Assembly (NCBI GenBank): GCA_965238075.1 | Contig: OZ250173.1 | Location: 2,688,001-2,752,000, forward strand | Length of the DNA: 64,000 nt | DNA from: Candidatus Entotheonellaceae bacterium | GTDB lineage: Bacteria > Tectomicrobia > Entotheonellia > Entotheonellales > Entotheonellaceae | Direction: 5' to 3' | Part shown: in pieces, positions 58,486-64,000 of the stretch | Layout of the letters: every line of letters starts with the position of its first letter | How positions within the stretch are numbered: position 1 is the stretch's first letter | Translations under genes and position numbers: made by a program | The notes under the pieces: generated by a model | Seen by the model: the letters and a program-made list of their open reading frames with translations, nothing else | Told to the model about the DNA's origin: nothing | The model's database searches: none

Positions 58486-60692
58486 GGCGTGCTTCCGTCC
58501 GCGGAAGTCTCAGCATCGAGCTGTTCGGAGAGTTGATTCAGCTTTTCCGGGTCGATGCTGGGAACGAGGCCACTGGGATTTGGAACAACCCGGAATTCAG
58601 ACGCCTCAGCCCGGGCTACCTGCACTAACGTGTCGTGCCAGTCGCCGCCGCCGCCGAGGTCGCTGAGGCCGTCGGCGGTGAGGGTGTTGGCGAGGGCGCC
58701 GGAAGGGGCGTGGGCCGTCCACCAGCCGAAGGGGACGGCGACGACGCCGGGGCGCACGCGGTCGGCGAGGCGGGCGCGCAGGTGGATGGCGCCGCGGTCG
58801 TTGAAGACGCGAACGGGGTCGCCGTCGGCGATGCCTCGGGACTCGGCGTCAGCGGCGTGGATGTCGAGCCTGGGCTCGGGTTCGGCGCGCAGATGGCGGG
58901 GCAGGTTGGCGTAGCTCGAATTGAGGAAGTGAAGGGGCGTCTTGGGTGTCATCAGCAACAGCGGAAAGCGGGCGGCCAGCGCGGTGTCGCCAGCAGGGCT
59001 TTCGTTCGCAGGCTCGAACGTCGGCAGGGGGTCCAGCCCGAGGGCCTGTAGGTGCTCGGCGTAGAACTCGCACTTGCCGGAGGGCGTGGGGAAACCGCCG
59101 TTGGCAAAGGGCCGCCAGTCGTCGGGCAGGTTGAGCGGCGCCCAGCCGTACTCCCACAGGCGCTCGAAGGTGACGCCGTCCAGATAGGGATGGTCGCTGT
59201 CCAGGGCGGTACGCACGAGGTTCTCGTCGGATTCATACAAGTCCGGCTCGTGGAGGCCGAGGGCGGCGGCCAGGCGGCGAAAGAATTCGGTATTCGGCAC
59301 CGTCTCGCCGAGTGGCGCAATGGCAGGGCGATTCAGGGTGACGTAGGTGTGGCCCCACGACCACAGCAGGTCGAGGTGCTCGACTTGCGTGGTGGCGGGG
59401 AAGACGTAATCGGCGTAGCGCGCGGTGTCGGTCAGGAACTGCTCGTGGACGACCGTGAACAGGTCATCTCGGGCCAGACCAGCGCGCACCCGGTTCAGAT
59501 TGGGCGCAATGACTGCCGGGTTGCTGTTGTAGACGATGAGAGCATGAATGGGCGGCGCCATTGTTTCGCTGGTCAGCGCCTCGCCCAACTGCACCATGTT
59601 GACGGAGCGGATGCTGCGGTCTTCAAGCTCGCGCTTTTCGGCGCCGGCGACGTTCAACGCCTGGTAGTGCGGCTTGGCGGTGAAATCGACAATGCCGCCG
59701 CCGCGATGGCGCCAGGCGCCGACCAGGGCAGGCAGGCAGGCGATGGTGCGAAAGGCCATGGCGCCGTGGGCGTGATGCTCCATGCCGACCAGCACCCGTA
59801 TGGCGGACGGCTGGGTTTCGGCGTATGCGCGCGCCAGCCGCACGACATCGTCAGCCGGCAGGCCGGTGATGGCGGCGACGCGCTCCGGCGGGTAGTCGTC
59901 AAGCCGGGCGCATAAGCGGTCGAAACCCAGGGTGTGCCGCGCAACGTAATCCTTGTCATGCAGGTCTTCGTTCACGATGACGTGCATCATGCCCAGGGCC
60001 AGGGCAGCGTCCGTGCCCGGCAGCGGGCGCAGGTGCCAATCGGCTTGCGCCGCGGTCCGCGTCCTGAGCGGGTCGATCACCACGACGGTTGCGCCGGCGG
60101 CCCTGGCCCGGCGGATGAACGGCCACAGGTGCAGATTGGTTACCACCGTGTTGGTGCCCCACAGGATGATGAAGCGGCTGTGCGCGATGTCTTCGGGCAG
60201 CATGCCGGTAGTGGCGCCGAGGGTGGCCACGATGCCGCGGCCCGCAGTGCTGGCGCAGATGTTGCGCTCCAGACGGGTGGCGCCGAGACGCGCGAAAAAG
60301 CGCCGATCCAGCGAACTGGTCTGGACGATGCCCTGCGTGCCCATGTAGCTGTAAGGCATGACAGTGGCGGCGCCGTGCTGGTCGATGAGGCGGCGCAGGC
60401 GCGCGGCAACGTCGGCGATGGCCTCGTCCCAGCCGACGCGCTCGAACGTGCCGTCACCCTTGGCGCCGACGCGCCGCAGGGGGTGAAGTACGCGGTCCGG
60501 GCTGTAGACGCGGTCCAGGTAATGATCGACCTTGGCGCACAGGACGCCGCGGGTGAAGGGTTGCAGCTTGTCGCCGATCAGCTCAACGGCCGCGCCGTCT
60601 TCTACCTTGACCTGCCAGCTACAGCGGTCGGGGCAGTCGTGCGGGCAGGCGCCGGGTATCCAGGTTGGCGCGGTGTCTGAGAGGGTCGGCAT
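58482..60692 (-). CDS. Molybdopterin-dependent oxidoreductase (DMSO reductase superfamily, YyaE-like)
   Basis: CPHDCPDRC...LCAK Fe-S motif, PGTDAALA, SNPA, TDTARYAD, HFLNSS; AAGGAG RBS. Confidence 0.92.
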   Translation of the reverse strand: MPTLSDTAPTWIPGACPHDCPDRCSWQVKVEDGAAVELIGDKLQPFTRGVLCAKVDHYLDRVYSPDRVLHPLRRVGAKGDGTFERVGWDEAIADVAARLRRLIDQHGAATVMPYSYMGTQGIVQTSSLDRRFFARLGATRLERNICASTAGRGIVATLGATTGMLPEDIAHSRFIILWGTNTVVTNLHLWPFIRRARAAGATVVVIDPLRTRTAAQADWHLRPLPGTDAALALGMMHVIVNEDLHDKDYVARHTLGFDRLCARLDDYPPERVAAITGLPADDVVRLARAYAETQPSAIRVLVGMEHHAHGAMAFRTIACLPALVGAWRHRGGGIVDFTAKPHYQALNVAGAEKRELEDRSIRSVNMVQLGEALTSETMAPPIHALIVYNSNPAVIAPNLNRVRAGLARDDLFTVVHEQFLTDTARYADYVFPATTQVEHLDLLWSWGHTYVTLNRPAIAPLGETVPNTEFFRRLAAALGLHEPDLYESDENLVRTALDSDHPYLDGVTFERLWEYGWAPLNLPDDWRPFANGGFPTPSGKCEFYAEHLQALGLDPLPTFEPANESPAGDTALAARFPLLLMTPKTPLHFLNSSYANLPRHLRAEPEPRLDIHAADAESRGIADGDPVRVFNDRGAIHLRARLADRVRPGVVAVPFGWWTAHAPSGALANTLTADGLSDLGGGGDWHDTLVQVARAEASEFRVVPNPSGLVPSIDPEKLNQLSEQLDAETSADGSTP

Positions 60693-60757
60693 GGTGGGTT
60701 CTCCTTGGTATGGTACCGTGGCCCTCTTCTGCACGGAGGGCGAGGAATTTTGCTACC

Positions 60758-60800
60758 CCCTCTCCCCACCGCGGGAGAGGGTTGGGGTGAGGGGGAAATC
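60758..60800. repeat. BoxC-like palindromic element, copy 2
   Basis: CCCTCTCCCCACCGCGGGAGAGGGTTGGGGTGAGGGGGAAATC. Confidence 0.8.
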
Positions 60801-60831
60801 TAACGAGAGACCCCGCCAAAACAGGCAGCGA

Positions 60832-60861
60832 TTGACGCTTCGGGGCCTCCCCCCTTATGAT
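60832..60861 (+). promoter_or_regulatory. Candidate sigma70 promoter for the DUF1330 gene
   Basis: TTGACG-N18-TATGAT. Confidence 0.5.
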
Positions 60862-60908
60862 GACGGCTTCGCATTCACGTTCAAGCCCATTACAAGGAAG
60901 GGAGCCTC

Positions 60909-61196
60909 ATGGCGGCCTATGTTGTTGCGCAAGTCAAAATCACCGATCCCGACACCTTCGCCAAATACAGCCAACAGGTCCCGGCTGTAGTGGAAAAGTT
61001 CGGCGGCAAATATCTGGTTCGGGGCGGCAAAATGGAAATCTTGGAGGGTGAGTGGGACGCCGGCCGGCTCGTCGTGCTGGAATTCCCCTCGATGGACCAC
61101 GTGCACCGGTTCTACAATTCGCCCGAGTACGCGCCGCTTATCAAGCTCCGCCAGCAATCCGCCGACACGATTATGAGCACCGTTGAAGGGGTGTAA
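60909..61196 (+). CDS. DUF1330 family protein
   Basis: GGKYLVRGG, LEGEW, VVLEFPS, FYNSPEY, VEG. Confidence 0.92.
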   Translation: MAAYVVAQVKITDPDTFAKYSQQVPAVVEKFGGKYLVRGGKMEILEGEWDAGRLVVLEFPSMDHVHRFYNSPEYAPLIKLRQQSADTIMSTVEGV

Positions 61197-61235
61197 GCCC
61201 TTCGAACCTCCTGCGCCACTCCCACTCCGCTATGA

Positions 61236-61286
61236 CGCCCCCGCCTGAAGTGGCCCCGTCGGATCGGGCCGTTCAGATGGGGGCGA
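61236..61286. terminator. Long imperfect hairpin between convergent genes
   Basis: CGCCCC..CTGAA..GGCCC pairs with GGGCC..TTCAG..GGGGCG. Confidence 0.4.
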
Positions 61287-61293
61287 CACTTTC

Positions 61294-62046
61294 TTATGAC
61301 AGCCGTGCCAGGGACTCCTGCACGGTTGGCCGCTGCCCCGCCTCGACATCCGTTCTGCGGCGTTCGTGAAACACCGTGAGGATCGTATTGGCGTTTGCCA
61401 GAATGCCGATCTCCTTGCAATAGGCGTCCAGCTTGTCCGCCGGCAGCGCCCACAGGGCCACGTCGTCGGACATGGCATCCAGGTAGGCGCGGGCGCCACA
61501 GCAGCCCAGGCTCATCGCCGCCCGTCCCTGGTTGACCACCTGCGGCACCACGGCGCACGCCGGGCGGCCCATGGCGGCCGGTACGCCCTCGTCAACCCGC
61601 GCCACCGCCTCGCTCAGGATCAACCCCTGTTGCGCGTGCGCGAACAGCAGCACGACTTCCGCCGTCAGCGGGAAATCCGCCAGCGGCCCGTAGACCGCAT
61701 GCTGCGCCTCCCGCTGCAAAACCGGTATCGCTGCCACCTCCTCGGCGCGCACGTAGTCCAGCCCGCTCATGGCTTGTAAGGTCTCCTGTAACTCGCCGGC
61801 ATGCGTTGCCGGTGCCGGTGTCAGGTGATGCGTATGGATGCCGATCGAGCACAGGGCGTGATCCGCCGCCGAGGTCGCAAACGTGCGCGTCGCCGCTTCC
61901 TGCCAAAAGCTGCATCCCGCCGGCACCGTGCCGTCAAAGGCCGCAACGCCCGCAGGCGCAGAATCGCTGAACGCCACGGCAATGGGCGGCAGGGACAGTT
62001 TCAACGAGGTGGTCAACTGGTTGGCAAGCTCCGAATATGTACTCAA
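61294..62046 (-). CDS. DUF169 family protein
   Basis: PPIAVAF, AGCSFW, HALCSIG, GRPACA, SLGCCGARAY; AAGGAG RBS before TTG 62046. Confidence 0.8.
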   Translation of the reverse strand: MSTYSELANQLTTSLKLSLPPIAVAFSDSAPAGVAAFDGTVPAGCSFWQEAATRTFATSAADHALCSIGIHTHHLTPAPATHAGELQETLQAMSGLDYVRAEEVAAIPVLQREAQHAVYGPLADFPLTAEVVLLFAHAQQGLILSEAVARVDEGVPAAMGRPACAVVPQVVNQGRAAMSLGCCGARAYLDAMSDDVALWALPADKLDAYCKEIGILANANTILTVFHERRRTDVEAGQRPTVQESLARLS

Positions 62047-62276
62047 GGGTCCTTCTCCTTTTGTTCGTGCAGGATAGCCGCTATGCTTCAGCCGCCTCCG
62101 GCGTGGGGTTGCAAGCTTCTTGAGGGATGCTTTCTCCTGGGCCGGCACGGAATAGAGAGACTCAGTGAAAGAAGTACACCCGATCTACCGGGTACGCGTC
62201 AATGGTAAAAGTCACGGTTGTTTGGTCCAAGGAATCGCCTTGACCGAGGGGAAACGATAGGGAAGGGAGGAGGAAG

Positions 62277-63299
62277 ATGGAACAGGCAGCGTACTCGGTA
62301 GGCGACAAAACGGTTGATGGGTTTCAGGTTTACCTTCTCCAGGAAAGCCAGAAGGCCGTTGCTGAAATTGCGCCTGGGCTTGGCACGAACTGCTACGCTT
62401 TCCGGGTGGCGGATGCAGGACCTGGCTCTGAAGGCGGCAACTGGCTGAACCTGATCGACGCGCCCCCCGATCTCGCCACGTTGCAGGAGCATCCCGACAT
62501 TTTCGGTATTCCGATTCTGTTTCCCTTCCCGAACCGCATCCGAGGCGGCGCGTGGCAATTTGAAGGCAAGACCTACCAGTTTAACAAGCCGCCCGAATCC
62601 CCAACCTCGATCCATGGCCTGTTGCTGAACCGGCCCTACCAGGTGGAAAGCCACACAGCGGACGAAAACGGCGCGACGCTGGTGTGCACCCTCGACTCGC
62701 GCGATTTCGCGGATATCGGACGCCAGTACCCGTTCCCGTTCAAAATCGGGATCACGTACACGCTCAAAGACGCTGTCTTGTCGATGGGTGTTTCGATTCA
62801 AAATACCGGCAACCGGAACATGCCGATGGGATTCGGCATCCATCCCTATTTCCGTGTCAGCTTGTCGCCTGACGCAAACGCCGCCGCGGCGCTGATCAAA
62901 GTTCCTGCCGCAACGTATTGGGAACTGGACGCAGATTCGGTGCCGACCGGCAAACGACTCGCAGCCGCCGGCGCCTTGGATCTGCGAGACGGTAAGGCGT
63001 TTTCTGGCTCGAGCCTCGACCATGTGTATACGGACGTTCAGATGGAGGCGGATGGCGTCAGCTGGTGTGTCATCGAGAACCGGGATACCGGGCACGGTAT
63101 GGTGATGGAATCGGATGCCCAATTCCGCGAACTGGTCGTCTATACGCCCCCGGGCAGGGATGTGATCTGTTTTGAGCCTTACACCTGTCCAACGGACGCC
63201 ATCAACTTAGAGGCGAAAGGCATCCCCGCAGGCGTGATCGTCTTGGCACCGGGTGAAACGTTTTCAGCAACCGTTCGCATCGTGCCCATCCTCCCGTAG
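62277..63299 (+). CDS. Aldose 1-epimerase family protein
   Basis: GIPILFPFPNRI, IHGL, GFGIHPYF, LDH, CFEPYT. Confidence 0.92.
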   Translation: MEQAAYSVGDKTVDGFQVYLLQESQKAVAEIAPGLGTNCYAFRVADAGPGSEGGNWLNLIDAPPDLATLQEHPDIFGIPILFPFPNRIRGGAWQFEGKTYQFNKPPESPTSIHGLLLNRPYQVESHTADENGATLVCTLDSRDFADIGRQYPFPFKIGITYTLKDAVLSMGVSIQNTGNRNMPMGFGIHPYFRVSLSPDANAAAALIKVPAATYWELDADSVPTGKRLAAAGALDLRDGKAFSGSSLDHVYTDVQMEADGVSWCVIENRDTGHGMVMESDAQFRELVVYTPPGRDVICFEPYTCPTDAINLEAKGIPAGVIVLAPGETFSATVRIVPILP

Positions 63300-63364
63300 C
63301 CTACGAACCTGACCCGCAACGGTGGGTAGATTTCAAGGTTAGGAGGCGCTTCGATGAGCAGTGA
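63299..63364 (+). pseudogene. C-terminal remnant of a DUF4258-type toxin
   Basis: Reads AYEPDPQRWVDFKVRRRFDEQ* with no start codon, beginning at the epimerase stop. Confidence 0.6.
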
Positions 63365-63577
63365 GACATGGAAAGAGACGTTTGCGGAAAAAAGGTCACC
63401 TATGTACTTGAGCAGGAGGGGAGGGTCGTCATCGTCGAAAACGTCCCTGCCAGAGTAGGCGTAGAAACTGGAGAGCGATTCTTTGCACCACACACTGTCG
63501 AACGCTTGCAACAAATTGTCTGGGAGCAAAGAAAACCGACGCGTGTGGTCGAGACCCCCGTTTTTGAGTATGCATAG
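63354..63577 (+). pseudogene. YgiT/MqsA-type antitoxin-like protein, -1 frameshift in an A6 run
   Basis: AGGAGG 7 nt before ATG 63354 (MSSETWKETFAEK); one extra A joins it to KVTYVLEQEGRVVIVENVPARV..ETGERFF. Confidence 0.7.
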
Positions 63578-63604
63578 TTCAAAGGTGAAAATGCGGCAGC
63601 CATG

Positions 63605-64000
63605 CTACCGCCCGAACATGGCTGTGGGCAGGAAGGTGCTGATCGGCGGGAACAGAATCAGGATGACCAGCGCTACCAAGGCTAGGAAGAAAAAGGGCAG
63701 GATGCCCCGGAAAATATCGTCCAGGGAGACGTCCTGGCCTTCCGGGATTTGGGTTGCCACGGAGCGCACGGTGTACACGTTCAGCCCGACGGGCGGCGTC
63801 AGCAGGCCGATTTCGATGGCCATGATGACCAGCATGGCGAAGTAGATGGGGTCGATGCCCATCTGCACGATGATCGGGTGCACGACCGGCAGGGTGATGG
63901 ACATCATGGAGATGGAGTCCTGGAACATGCCGAGAAAGAAGTACATGGCCAGAAACATCACGACGACCGCCATCGGCGGGATACCGGCGTTGGTGACCCA
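63605..64000 (-). CDS. dctM: TRAP transporter large permease, 5'-truncated by window edge
   Basis: LGMFQD, GIDPIYF, EIGLLTPPVGLNVY, ILPF, FPPISTFLP. Confidence 0.9.
   Translation of the reverse strand, partial: WVTNAGIPPMAVVVMFLAMYFFLGMFQDSISMMSITLPVVHPIIVQMGIDPIYFAMLVIMAIEIGLLTPPVGLNVYTVRSVATQIPEGQDVSLDDIFRGILPFFFLALVALVILILFPPISTFLPTAMFGR

Noticed and set aside
63381-63396. Programmed -1 frameshift at AAAAAAG
   Set aside because: The A_AAA_AAG heptamer is not in phase with the frame from ATG 63354, and no stimulator is evident

Overview
High-GC bacterial chromosomal window, mostly metabolic and transport genes. The organism is probably a diderm, since it encodes beta-barrel porins and an MltB-type transglycosylase; taxonomy cannot be fixed from this sequence. 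Core genes include pmbA (5'-partial), ppc, moeA, korAB, acnA, two tandem DAHP synthases, cobS, leuCD-type dehydratase subunits, two ABC uptake clusters without ATPase genes, and a TRAP permease (partial). No rRNA, tRNA, CRISPR array or intact transposase is visible. The most notable observations are: (1) a tandem DAHP synthase duplication whose junction fuses the acnA RBS and first codons onto copy 2, removing the regulatory N-terminus, with the copies differing at the Gly/Ser Tyr-versus-Phe feedback switch; (2) an AT-richer ABC-ATPase plus TOPRIM-like (DUF3226-type) pair, a candidate anti-phage module; (3) a tungsten-type AOR operon with MoaD and a four-domain rhodanese; (4) two paralogous porins flanking an Ig-like secreted protein; (5) a decaying CusRS-like / vitamin-K-carboxylase-like cluster behind a well-formed OmpR/PhoB-type box; (6) two toxin-antitoxin relics missed by the ORF track; (7) several families of small palindromic repeats. 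Family assignments come from motif recognition by eye, not database searches.
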